64,000 bases of DNA from Malacoraja senta (taxonomy: Eukaryota): the NCBI GenBank assembly GCA_038087875.1, contig CM075990.1, positions 15,440,001-15,504,000 on the forward strand, in the 5' to 3' direction. Each line of letters begins with the position of its first letter. Within the stretch, counting starts at the first letter, position 1. The notes beneath the pieces were generated by a model that ran no database searches, was not told the origin of the DNA, and saw nothing but the letters and a program-made list of their open reading frames with translations. This document shows, piece by piece, positions 27,125-39,149 of the stretch. The translations under genes and the position numbers were made by a program.

Positions 27125-27448
27125 TACATTGACGCAGCTGGTAGAGCTGCTGCCTCACAGTGTCAGAGACCCGGGCTCGATCCTGATGCTGTCAATGTGG
27201 AGTTTGCAAGTTTTCTGCCTGTGACCACGTGGGTTTCTTCCAGGTGCTCTGGTTTTTTCTTCCATATTCCAAGGAGGTGCAGGTTTGTAGGTGAATTGAC
27301 CCTCTGTAAATTGCCCCTAGTTTGCAGGGAGTGGAAGAGAAAATGGGATAACATAGAACTAGTGCGAATGGGTGATCGATGGTCAGTTTGGACTCGGTGG
27401 GCTGAAGGTCCGGTTTCCATGCTATATAACTAAACTAAACTAAACTAG
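27125..27448 (+). mobile_element. HE1-like V-SINE
   Basis: Head, V-core and (CTAAA)n tail. Confidence 0.85.
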
Positions 27449-29859
27449 ATGTTCTGGGGATATACCAGAAAGAGCCAGACAGAGTATCTGATCTGCAATG
27501 GGGATATCAGTGAAAACAAGCAGATTAGATTTGGTCAGGGCATCATGTATGGCACGGACATTGTGGGGCAGAGGGCCTGTTCCTGTGCTATACTGTCCTA
27601 TGTTCTACTGTCCTACATTCAAAGCCATGCAAGGCCATGCATGTAATTCAATATCCAGGACTCTAGCCGAGTCAGTCAGGAGCAATTGTCATTAGTCCGG
27701 CTGTTGAGATAACAGTGCACATTCCAGCCGATGATAGCGAGGCAGTGTTTTAGAGTCTGTAATTGAATGATTGATGGCCACAAGGTCCACGTCTGCACCT
27801 TAAGCTATCTTTGAATAAACAGTGCAAAGTGATGAATTTGTTGGACCTAAATGGTGTTAAACCAGAGGGCAGTCAGAAAAACGGATTTGCCACTATTCTG
27901 CAGTTATGATAATTCCTGAATAAATGACAAATCAACTCGTACATGAAAAGAAATCAATGTAATTTCCCTCCCCTCTTGCCACCCTAATACTCTTCCACTG
28001 GCTGGCTCTGCTCACGTTTTGACTTTGTTGAGAAGAAAAGATCCCAATCAGTTCAGCAAATGGTGATGTTGGTCCGTATGTCAGGAGGCATCACAGAGCA
28101 GAAGGTCAGGATACACCTGGTGACTTGTTCACCCATCCCTGGCTTGGGACGGTGCTTGTCCATTGCAGCATGGTAGAGGTTAACCATCCTTGTGTCAGCA
28201 AAGCCAAGCACAGTCCTGCTCCCTGCAGCTCTACACCAGCCTCCCGGCACCGTGAAGCTTTATCCCCTCAATCACTCACCAATGTGACCTGTTCTCTTGC
28301 TAAGGTTAGCTCCCAATGCTGCAGCCCAATATTGAAGGATCCATGATGAGGACTGACTGGTCACAGCAACAGGCAGAGATCCCATTATGTCATCAATAAT
28401 GGTCCCCACTGCTGCACCTTGGAAACACCAACTAGCAATGGCTCCCAATATCAGTCTCATGTTGGTAGCATGGGCAGCAGGGAAAGGTGCTTTTCATCCT
28501 ACGAGCTGATGAGAAACCTTATTGAAACTAATAAGGTCATAAGTGATCGGAGCAGAATTAGGCCATTCGGCCCACCAAGTCAACTCTGCCATTCAATCAT
28601 GGCTGATCTATCTCTCCCTCCTAACCCCATTCTCCTGTCTTCTCCCCATAACCTCTGACATCCGTATTAATCAAAAATGTATCTATCCCTGATTTAGTCT
28701 CGATTAGTCTTCCATTAATACTGTGGAGGGATCCATCTCGATACTGGCTTTGAGATATAGATCTATAAACTATATCAGGTCATAATTTTTTCTTCTCCAC
28801 CTCACCCATTTTACTCCTGCCTCCCTTAAGAAATAAAGGGAGGCCATTCTGCACAGTTTCTATGCCAGCTCCATATCAATAGATGGTGTGTTGGACTGTA
28901 GTTGGATCGATACTAAATCACAAAGTATTTTTTCCTGCAGCACAGTTACTGTTAATGTGAGACTGTCACCTATACTTCATTAGTATGTGTAGTAATTGCT
29001 CTATGAACAGTTGCAAATTATTTGGATAAATTAACATTTAGAGAAATACTCAAGAGATCAACGATAATACCAGTAAATATTTATGCTTTCTCGTATTTAT
29101 TTGCATAAACAAATTACTTGTTAGAAATATTAGTTTATAATGAATGCTATATTTATCATTACCTATTAATGATTTTACAACCTTGATTTGCAAGGTACTG
29201 AGCATTTTAGAAAGCTTCGATCAAATCCTGACAACGGGCCTGAATTCTGATCCAAGCATGCAACCTGGGTGTAATTAGATAGGTCTAATTCATAGCATCT
29301 GATCATTTTTCTAAATCTTATTGAAGTGATCACCAAGCATCAGAAAATGTCAGAATAACCTATTGAGCTCATTGCACTGTTAATAGAGGCCTGTGGCATG
29401 TTTGAAAAATGTTGCTCTTGTGCATTGCAGAGGATGTTTTCCTCAATTCTCTGGACAACAGCAGCAAACTCCCCAAAGTAGCTTGGAGCAATCTGTGGAG
29501 GTTGATTCTAACGTCAGCTGCTGGTTAGATTCAAACCCCCGCATTGATAACTCTTGGATTCATCTGCACCTTGTCAAACATGTACAGCATTAGTTTGAGA
29601 ATATGCAAGGTGGCAGCTTCACTGAGGATTTCGAATGACCCAGGCGGCTGCCGTCTATTTACGAGCTTGCCTTGCATTTATTCCCAGTTTATGTAATGAC
29701 TAGTTTGCAGTTGAAAGGATAGAATTCTAAGAAAACGTTCTGCAATGTTATCTGCTGCTACATTCCATGAGCTTCCCCACCACCTCTACTTCTTGGAGAG
29801 TTTTGCAGGTTAAAAGTCGTCCAACTCTCCAGCAAAGCAAAAGACCATGGAGAACATCT

Positions 29860-30290
29860 TGTTGAAACAAAGAACTGCAGATGCTGGGTAATGCACAAAA
29901 GGACACAAAGTACTGGAGTATCAGCAGGTTAGGAAGCATACATGGAGAACATGGATAGGTGACGTTTCGGGTCGGGACCCTTCTTCAGACTCAAGAAGGG
30001 TCTCGATCTGAAAGTAGACAAAAGTGCTGGAGAAACTCAGCGGGTGCAGCAGCATCTATGGAGCGAAGGAAATAGGCAACGTTTCGGGCCAAAACACTTG
30101 GGTTTCGGCCCGAAACTTTGCCTATTTCCTTTGCTCCATTGATGCTGCTGCACCCGCTGAGTTTCTCCAGCACTTTTGTCTACCTTTGATTTTCCAGCAT
30201 CTGCAGTTCCTTCTTAAACACTCTCGATCTGAAAGGTCGCCTATCTATGTTCTCCAGGGCTGTTGCCTAACCTGCTGAGTTACTCCAGTC
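29860..30290. mobile_element. Nested palindromic Penelope-like terminal fragments; inner copy 30015-30221
   Basis: The inner head-to-head repeat is flanked by TCTCGATCTGAAAG at 30001-30014 and 30222-30235, inside an outer inverted pair. Confidence 0.8.
29961..29988 (-). ncRNA. Minimal hammerhead ribozyme core on the KCNMA1 sense strand
   Basis: Minus strand CUGAAGA-A-GGGU(CCCG)ACCC-GAAAC-GUC. All core nucleotides are intact; stem I is weak. Confidence 0.55.
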
Positions 30291-30307
30291 CAGCACTCTG
30301 TGTACTA

Positions 30308-30510
30308 TCGGGTCTGTAGGGCACGAACAGGCAGAAACAATGGGTCTACCAGGACAGTCAGGTTTGTGGATTTTGGGGAGAATGTAAAATCGGGCCATGC
30401 GGGGCTGGGGAACGATGAGGTTGGAGGCTCGGTCGGGCAGGGAGTCGGAGTGGATGAAGTCAGTGATGGTGCTAGCGATAGTGGCCCTGGTGCTCGTCTG
30501 TGGGGTCATG
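30308..30510 (-). mobile_element. Penelope-like reverse transcriptase N-terminal fragment
   Basis: ORF 30267-30593 contains PQPRMARFYILPKIHKPDCPGRPIVSACSCPT, the LPKIHK...RPIVS motif typical of PLE RTs. Confidence 0.85.
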
Positions 30511-31231
30511 GTCAAAGAAGGGTTTCGGCCCAAAACGTTGCCTATTTCCTTCGCTCCATAGATGCTGCCGCACCGGCTGAGTTTCTCCAGCATGTTTATC
30601 TATTATGGGCAACATCTCTCTGGATAAGGTCAGTTACAATCATTCAGATGTCAGGTGGAGCTGAATTGATCCATTTCCACACAGTGTGTAAAAGCCCAAC
30701 TGCTCACCCAGCAAGCCAATGGGTAGAAGCTAGTGGCAAAATCTGCAGAGGTAAACATTCGGAGGTTTGAGAAATCCTATAATCCGTTGGTGGCCCACAT
30801 CCGAACCGTCAATACTTGACTCGGAGCCCAGGGCCGCATACTACTCTTGTGCTTTGGGGAAAATAAGTAGACGGAAATAAGCATGCTTTTTACTCTAACA
30901 GCAGTGTGAGTGTGTGAGTAAGAGTCTGAATAAGTTTAGTTGAGAGATTTTAGTATCGTGATTTAGTTTAGCTAATAGCTACAGAATGGGAACTGGCTCT
31001 AAGGCCCACTGAGTCCTCGCCGACCATGGATCACCATTAACTCTAGTTCTAGTTCTACTAAACTAATTTCACTTTCCCATCCACCCCTAAAAATTAGGGG
31101 CAAATAAGAGGCCAATTAATCTACAAACACATACATCTATGTGCGCAAGTTTGGATGTATTTGTGTGTGTGCAAACAAGGGAAGTGTGAGATTAGAGTAA
31201 ATGTGCAAATATATACAAGTGTGAATGTATT

Positions 31232-32055
31232 GGGACGGCACAGTGGTAGCAGCGGTAGAGTTGCAGCACCAGAGACCCCAGGTTCAATCCTGACTACGGG
31301 TGCTGTCTGTATGGAGTTTGAACTTTCTCCCCGTGACCTGCGTGGGTTTCCTCCAACACTCCACAGACGTGCAGGTTTGTAGGTTAATTGGCTTTGGTAA
31401 AATTGTAAATTGTCCCTAGTGTGTGTAGGATGGTGTTAGTGTGCGGGGATCGCTGGTCGGCGCAGACTCGATGGTCTGAAAGTCTTGTTTCTGTAACTCT
31501 CAACTCTGTGTGTGTGCAAACAAGTGAGGTGGAGTGTGAGTGTGTGTGTGTGGGCTATATTTGTGCAGGTGTGAGTGTGCGTGTGTTGATGAGAAAGGAT
31601 ACACACGAGAGCAGGTGTGCATCTGGCATGTCTGAACAAATATACATCCACTGTTCAGTGGCACCTTATTCCTTAAGTAGCAGCACCACCTGCTGTTTAT
31701 TGCATTTATCTCAAAGTGGGAAGAGCCTGCCACTCACCAGCATTTACTGCTTTAGTTTAGTTTAGAGATACAGCGCAGAAACAGGCACTTTTGGCCCACC
31801 GAGTCCGCACCGACCAGCGATCCCCGCACACCAACACTATCCTACACCCACTAGGGGCAATTTTACATTGACACCAAGCCAATTAACCTACAAACCTGCA
31901 CGTCTTTGGAGTGTGGGAGGAAACCGAAGATCTCGGAGAAAACCCACGCAGGTCATGGGGAGAACATACAGACTCCGTACAGACAGCGCCCATGGTCAGG
32001 ATCAAACCCGGGTCTCTGGCGTTGTTAGGCAGCAACTCTACTGCTGCGCCACCAT
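31232..32055. mobile_element. Tail-to-tail pair of HE1-like V-SINEs (~31232-31505 +, ~31752-32055 -)
   Basis: Two copies in opposite orientation, ~250 bp apart. Confidence 0.88.
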
Positions 32056-32674
32056 GACAAATAGGAAAACATTTACAAGGGAATGGTGAATTAATGGGAA
32101 TGATACAGTTGACACACTGAGGCAATCCAAAATATTATTAGTGAGGGAAACCAGGGCCTTTTAATCGCTCACTAATTTTAAAAGGATACACTTCTATGCT
32201 TAGAGTGCACTGATGAACAATCGATGGTGGAAATATTTATCTATTTGAAGATGCCCTTCTTTACAAAGATTGTGTCTGTGTGATCCATTGCCTGACGGTT
32301 TCTGAATGACAGACAGTGAACAGCAGGAGAGTGTCCATATCAGAGCAGTGTCCACACTGCCTGGCACAGATTCCCGGCAGTCACAGGTTCAATCCCTAAG
32401 TTACTGCTCTTACACAACACCAATACAGGATACCAAGAGACCATGCCATTTTCACCATTGCAAAATAGACAAGAGTATATAAGCCACACTCCAAACTTGC
32501 GCCCTGATAATATTCCTATGAATTATGCTTTTCTTGTGCATTTTGTTTATGACTCCATTAAAAGGACTGAAGAAGGGTTTCGGCCCGAAACGTTGCCTAT
32601 TTCCTTCGCTCCATAGATGCTGCCTCACCCGCTGAGTTTCTCCAGCATTTTTGTCTACCTACCAGTAAAAGGAC

Positions 32675-33209
32675 CTCAAAATTAATTCTTAAATTTTGGA
32701 AAGGCCCTACGACCCCCACAATCAAAATGTGGATTATAGAAATGACGGAGACCTTAAACGTGGAAAGAATCAGATTTTCCCTGTTGGACAAACAGGAATT
32801 ATTCGTTGGAACATGGTCTCCCTTTATTGATTATTTAAAGGGTCAGAATGGTTCAGCACAGGAACCTGACTAACACTCGGGCTAAAGAATGGATGAAATG
32901 CTATACTCTGAAATGTATGAAATATCTCGAATGAAGTTTTTTATTTTAATAAATGTTTCCATTCTTCTTTAACTATCTTTCTCTTTTATTTTTTATTTTT
33001 TTTTTTGTTTTTTTTTCTTCTCTCTCTTTTCTTTCTTTACTTCATCTATCTTTTTAGTTCTATCTAGTTTTTAAAAAAAAGGCAAAAGGTATTGGAGACA
33101 ATGTAATAATAATTGACAATATTATCAATTTAAAAATGTAAGACTGTAATGATGTTAATAGGTTGTGTACTTATCTCCAATAAAAAATATTTTCAAAAAA
33201 AAATAAAAA
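32675..33209 (+). mobile_element. L1-clade LINE 3' end (ORF2 C-terminus, T-rich UTR, poly-A)
   Basis: KLILKFWKGPTTPTIKMWIIEMTETLNVERIRF...FVGTWSPFIDYL; AATAAA plus A-rich tail; TAAAAGGAC on both sides. Confidence 0.8.
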
Positions 33210-34689
33210 TAAAAGGACTTTTCATCTGCTGGGACTGTGGCTTCTTTGAGGTACCCTGTACCAGCTTCACGCAGGGCTTATTTAAAATTTTTTTTTTTAC
33301 GGATTCTACTGCTCATAGAATATGTTTGGGGAGAGAGAGAGTGTGTGGAAAAAGTATGGACAAAGGGGGAACTCTTCACAGGCGTTGTAAGAACATCCAA
33401 CAACTATTCTTGACCATTGGGTTGATCAGCACTTGGGGATTCAACATTTAGGAGTTGCTACTCTACCACTGTTTCACCCACAATGCCCCTTCCCTGCTGC
33501 TCATTCCACTCCATCTGAAATCCCAAATGACCCTGGGTTTTCCAATTATATTCCCAATCTGTGTACACCAACAGCCTCGACTATCAATGCAGAGGTGCAT
33601 GTTCAGTTCCCATAGTGACGGGTGAGGAATGAAAAAAACCCGATGACCACTGGATTGTTGAAGAACCAATCACTAAAGTCCTTCAAAGGAGGAAACCATC
33701 CTACCTGGCCTGGCCTGGCCTTAATGTGGATGTTCGGTAGCTGCCCACAAAAATTGCCCAGCAAACCAAGTGGTTGTATCAGAACTTTAGTCAGAGGGTA
33801 ATTATCAGTGGATATTTTTAAGGCAGAGATAGACAAGTTCTTGATTAGAACAGGTGTCAAGGGTTATAGGGAGAAGGCAGGAAAATGGAATTATGTGTGT
33901 GGGATCAGCCATAATTGAATGGCGGAGTGGACACGATGGGCCGAATGGCCTAATTCTACTCCTATAACTTGCGAATTACCACGTTACAGCATGCCTCAAG
34001 GCATGAACAACATTGCCAACAGCTTCTCGGGGTAGTTAAGGACGGGCAATGAATTTTGGCTTCGCCAGTGATGCCCGGGTCTTGAATAATGAATGGAGAG
34101 AAAAAATTCAATCTATGACCAGCTCCCTGGCAGTGGACAGATTGTCAGGAAACTTTGGTGCCTGGAAGCACAACATGGTCTGAATTTCCATTCTTACTCC
34201 GTTATCAATCAACCCCCCTTTGGAGTCGGTGAATTAGGAGTTGAGATAATGCAGGAAAGAGTTTATGATATCTCGGTTAAACCTGGTTTATAAATATAGA
34301 CAATATAGATAACAACCCTAATACGTAGCCTATAGCTGTGAAATCGTAGCATCATTTGGAGGAGGCGTCAAGGAACCCGTCCAGACACTAGATACTTGAC
34401 CCTATTAGTCTTGGCTCACGTTCTGTCCAAAGAGACTGAAGAATTGATTGATCAATATTCCAGACTGAATCTTGATTCTGAACAATTCTGATCACACCAA
34501 TCTAATTGACAAACACCTTGCATAAAACAAGAACTAACTAAAATACGTCATCACTGCACTCCGACTAGAAGGGTAAAGGCTAGGTAAATGGAACAGAACA
34601 CTGGGTTAGGGGGTGAACACGTGGGAACAGAAATCAAACAGGAGACAACATTTCAAGGGGAATCTACTTGTGGCAAACCAATGACTTAC

Positions 34690-34722
34690 TTGTGCTGAGA
34701 TATCCATTATAGCCATATCTTG
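34690..34722 (-). CDS. KCNMA1: KCNMA1 33-nt alternative microexon, (P)RYGYNGYLST(I)
   Basis: ctaaacttgtcatttctttgcattgtcctcag|CAAGATATGGCTATAATGGATATCTCAGCACAA|gtaagt. Strong acceptor, consensus donor, phase 1/1, no stop. It resembles a C2 insert I recall from fish Slo1 isoforms (unverified). Confidence 0.82.
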
Positions 34723-35104
34723 CTGAGGACAATGCAAAGAAATGACAAGTTTAGAGATGTGGAAACAAGAATCTTGTATCATGAAATGTCAACACAGGGA
34801 GAAAAAAAGTCAAATACAGGGAAGTTTAAACCATTAAAGATGTTATGAACATGAACTCCACCTAGTGCCAGCCCACACACGGCACCGTTTGATTTCGATT
34901 AAACCAAGTGTTGATTTTACTAAACCAAGTAGTCACCGATGCATACACAGGGAACTGCAGATGTTGCAATCCTGAGCAAAACACAAAGTGCTGGAGGAAC
35001 TCAGCACGTCAGGCAGGATCCGTGGAGGGAATGGGTTCAATCAGTCTGGAAAAGGGTCCTGACCCAAAACGTCACATGGCCATTCCTTCCACAGATGCCA
35101 TAAG

Positions 35105-35455
35105 GTCATAAGATATAAGAGCAAAACTCGACCATTCGGACTATCGAGCCTGCTGCACCATTCCATCATAGCTGACCTATTATTCCCTCTCAACCCCCTT
35201 TTCTTGCCTTCACCCCGTAACTTTTGACCTCCTTATAAATCAAGAACCTATCAATCACCTCTTCAAAAATACCCAATAACTTGACCTCCACTGCCATCTG
35301 TGGCAATGAATTCCACAGATTCACCGGCATTAGCTTCAAGAAATTCCTCCTCATCTCCATTCTAAAAGTACGTCCTTTTATTCTGGGGCTGCGCCCTCTG
35401 GTCCTGGACTCTCCCACTGGTGGAAACATCCTCTCCACATGCACTCTATCTAGGT
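35105..35455 (-). mobile_element. CR1 LINE 3' end
   Basis: ORF 35190-35480 ERMFPPVGESRTRGRSPRIKGRTFRMEMRRNF...VNLWNSLP. Confidence 0.85.
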
Positions 35456-36749
35456 CTGACCTGCTGAGTTCTTCCAGCAATTTGTGCTTTAGTCACTGAT
35501 GCGCGATGTTTCCAAGATGCCTCGGGATGAGGCAAATCGGTTATCCCGCTGATCGGTGATTCTGGATCCAGTGCCACCATGCTTTACCTGGCTCTGTACC
35601 ATTGAGATGGCACACGCTACTGCCAATCTTTGTGCATCTTATTGTCGTGCTTGGTCTGTGCACCCTGTCTGACCCTTGGTCTCAGAAATGGTCCACAGCT
35701 TCTATCAGTGGTATGGCAATGACATTTGCCATTGACCATTCCCACAAGGATCTAGTCAACAGCTTTCCCTTCCCTGGCCCTTGCTGTATTCAGGCACCTG
35801 GTCAAACAAATCCCCCATGTCCAAGTGCCTAAACTTCCAAACGATTAAAGAATTCTCACAGGAAGCAAACCTGGAAACAAAACGTTCAATTTTAAATTAT
35901 TTTTCGAACATTATCCAGAATGGTGAATAAATATCAAAACATGCACGTGAATGAAGTTTGGAAAGTCCATAAAAATACTCTTAAGGTAGATCACACGTTA
36001 AAATTTATTTTAAGTATTTGTCATGGAAACAGGCCCTTCGACCCAACTTGCCCACACCTGCCAACATGTTCAATCTGCACTACTCCCACCAGCCTGCGTT
36101 TGAAACCTGTGTCGATATCCCTCGAAACCTGTCCGATCCATTATTTAATGTGTTATGTACATATTAAGTGCGTACGTATTAATCCATGTGTTAAGAAATT
36201 ATAAATGTCATCGATAAAATGTTTTTAGGACCACTTACTAAGCACTAATTATGGCAGACTGCTATTAAAAATAGAGCTAGACATCTTATAAATAAGCACA
36301 AGATTTTAAGGATATTTTGCAGAGGACTAATGTTGAGAGTAGTGTTGATCAGTTGAAGTGATGGTCCTTGATTTGAGTGGGGGAGGCTCATAACAGCCCA
36401 CCCTGTAGAATGTGGACGCACTGTCCCCAGCAGCTTCATGTGTTGTGCAACAAGGTACATGGACAGAAAACCCACAAAGGTGTTGTCAGTTTTGCTGAGG
36501 GGGCAATCACAAATTCTCGTGAGATTGGTTATCATTGCTGCCTTAACCTCTGAGCAGACCACAGTGTATATAACAGCATATTACACCTTCAACACAGAGT
36601 CACCGAGTCGTACAACAGGGAAACAGGCTCTCTGGCCCATCAGTAGATACCTGGTCATACAGTAGACAAGGAAACATTTCAGTCCATTATGTACATGGGG
36701 AGCATTAAGTACCCTGTCTATAATAAGTCTATTCAGCAGCACTTGGCCT

Positions 36750-37085
36750 GGTGAGAATGAGAATGCCTTGGAACTAGAAAGAAGGATTAGAATGAGAAAT
36801 GAAATGAGAATTAGAGTTAGAATGAGAATGAGAAAAGGAATTATAAATAGAATGGGAATCCCTGGGAAGAGTGAGAAATCGAGTGAGAAACAGAATGAGA
36901 AATAGGGTGAGAAACAGTGAGAAATAGTGAGACTGAGAATGAGAAAAGGAATGATAAATAGAATGGGAATCCCTTGGAAGAGTGAGAAATCGAGTGAGAA
37001 ACAGCGAGAAACAGTGAGAAATAGTGAGAATGAGAATGAGAAATAGAATAAATAGAATGAGAATCCATGGGAACTAAAATGAGGA
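36750..37085. repeat. (GAGAAW)n-based tandem repeat with a ~112-bp higher-order duplication
   Basis: GAGAATGAGAAAAGGAAT.ATAAATAGAATGGGAATCCCT.GGAAGAGTGAGAAATCGAGTGAGAAACAG occurs at ~36824 and ~36936. Confidence 0.9.
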
Positions 37086-38380
37086 AAGGAAAATAATTCT
37101 ATTAGTCGGGCCATCTGTTTGCAGTACGATCAGAAAGAATTCTGACAGAAACCCTTCAATCTTGATGTTTATCATTGGAGGAAACATAACTGAAATGAGA
37201 AAGTGAGATGACAGAAGCGAACATGGTTGTTTGACAATCTAGGTTGTCGCTGCCTCTGCCTCCTGTTTGCTACCCTGTTCTGGAGATAATGTTGACAGAA
37301 GAACTGCCCTTGCTGAAGGTAGTGAGTTCAACACTGCTGCTTATGTTGAAGTAGCCTGGTCAGGTCGCTGGTACTAATGCAGGCTGACTTGAGGGACGGG
37401 AACAGGAGCTGAATCTTGCTCCGAGCCTGCTCCAGATGAGACCTGTGCCTCTCTGTAAAAGGTTTTGCATTATTCACGAAAGGTCACTCCTTGGGCTGAA
37501 GGCAGCACCCTGACAGAAATCTTCCCGGGAAGCCGTTCTTATCCTGGCATCTGTCGCTAGGAATAGCGAGGAGGAAAAGGGCTCCGAAAAACAACTGTCT
37601 TGCATGTAAAAACATCGCAGGAGGAATCAACTGCCTGGTGGTAAGAAACTGTCAGGGTGCGTTTTGTGACAACCAGCCACACTCAGGAAATGAAAACGCA
37701 AACATAATTTCCATGTCACCCTATATAAACCCTCTGCTGAATTCACAGCAGAAGATGCAGACAGCATCATTTCCAGCCTGTCCACATCACAACGATCCAC
37801 TCACTGTTTCGGTTCTAGTGACCCCGGTAAGAAACACTGTGGTAACAAGCCATGCTAACAACTGCCTCCAGCAATAGAAAACCTCCCTCCCTCTCTGTAG
37901 CCTGCACAGGTTCCTTTCAAATGCCATTTTGACAGTAATATCCTGCTTCAGAATGCCTGCATGTTGTTAAGAATAGGTTTGGTGGATACGGGCGTGAGTG
38001 CGAGCGTTCTTCATGCTGTTTAAACCTGTGATGATTTGTGCTTCTTCATGGATTGACACCACGACAAGCAGCTCGGAGTCGCTTGGCTCCATCACGCCCA
38101 GAAACAGGCTCGTACACCAATACGTTCAAAGTTGCCCTCTCCGCAGTTTGACTGTTTCACTTGGTCACACCATCTCTTCCTGACATTAACCTGGAAACAC
38201 TGCTGTAGCTGTTCCATGAGGAAAAACCATACAAACCGACAGTAGCCAGTCAGTCTCAGTTAGTGGCAACTGGATCCATGCTCCTAACTACCCTGAAGGC
38301 ATTAACATCTTGGCTCCTTCCACTGTGTCAAAATATCCCAGACACACTACCAAAAGGTGTGAGAAAGAACTGCAGATGCC

Positions 38381-39138
38381 TCTCCGCCTACTTTTTTTAT
38401 CTCCCCCCCCCCACCCGACATCAGTCTGAAGAAGGATCTCAACCCAAAACGTCACCCATTCCTTCTCTCCATAGATGCTGCCTCATCCGCTGAGTTACTC
38501 CAGCATTTTGTGTCTACCTTCGGTTTTATCCAAACCATCCCCTCCCCGGGTACTTTCCCCTGCAACCGCTGGAGATGCAACACCTGTCACTTTACCTGCC
38601 ACCTTGACTCCATCTAAGGACCCAATCAGTCTTTCCAAGTGAGGCAGAGGTTCACTTGCACCTCCTCCAAGCTCATCTACTACATCCGCTGTTCCAGGTG
38701 TCAACTTCTCAACATCGGCGAGACCAAGCGCAGGCTCGGCGATCGTTTCGCTGAACACCTCCGCTCAGTCCGTCGTACCATATCTGATCTCCCGGTTGCT
38801 CAGGACTTCAACTCCCCCTCCCATTCCCAATCTGTCCTGGGCCTCCTCCATTGCCCAGCGCAAATTGGAGGAACAGCACCTCATATTTTGCCTGCGTAGT
38901 TTACACCCCAGCGGTATGAACGTTGACTTCTCTAATTTCAGATAGGCCTTGCTGTCTCCCTCCTTCGCCTCCCCAGTTCTCCTACTAGTCCTACTGTCTC
39001 CGCCTACTTTATATCTTTTTCCCGCCCCCCATTCCCCCCGACATCAGTCTGAAGAAGGGTGTCGACCCGAAATGTCACCCATTCCTTCTCTCCATAGATG
39101 CTGCCTCACCCGCTGAGTTACTCCAGCATTTTGTGTCA
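38381..39138 (+). mobile_element. 5'-truncated Penelope-like element: GIY-YIG endonuclease remnant between two pseudo-LTR direct repeats
   Basis: Reads PGTFPCNRWRCNTC...VRQRFTCTSSKLIYYIRCSRCQLLNIGETKRRLGDRFAEH...PVAQDFN (GIY-YIG-like with Cys/His motifs). Direct repeats at ~38381-38514 and ~38997-39137. Confidence 0.9.
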
Positions 39139-39149
39139 CACTGCCAAAG

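Noticed and set aside
32325..32390. Short word matches to the reverse complement of STREX
   Set aside because: The translation is not STREX-like and there are no splice sites; chance similarity.
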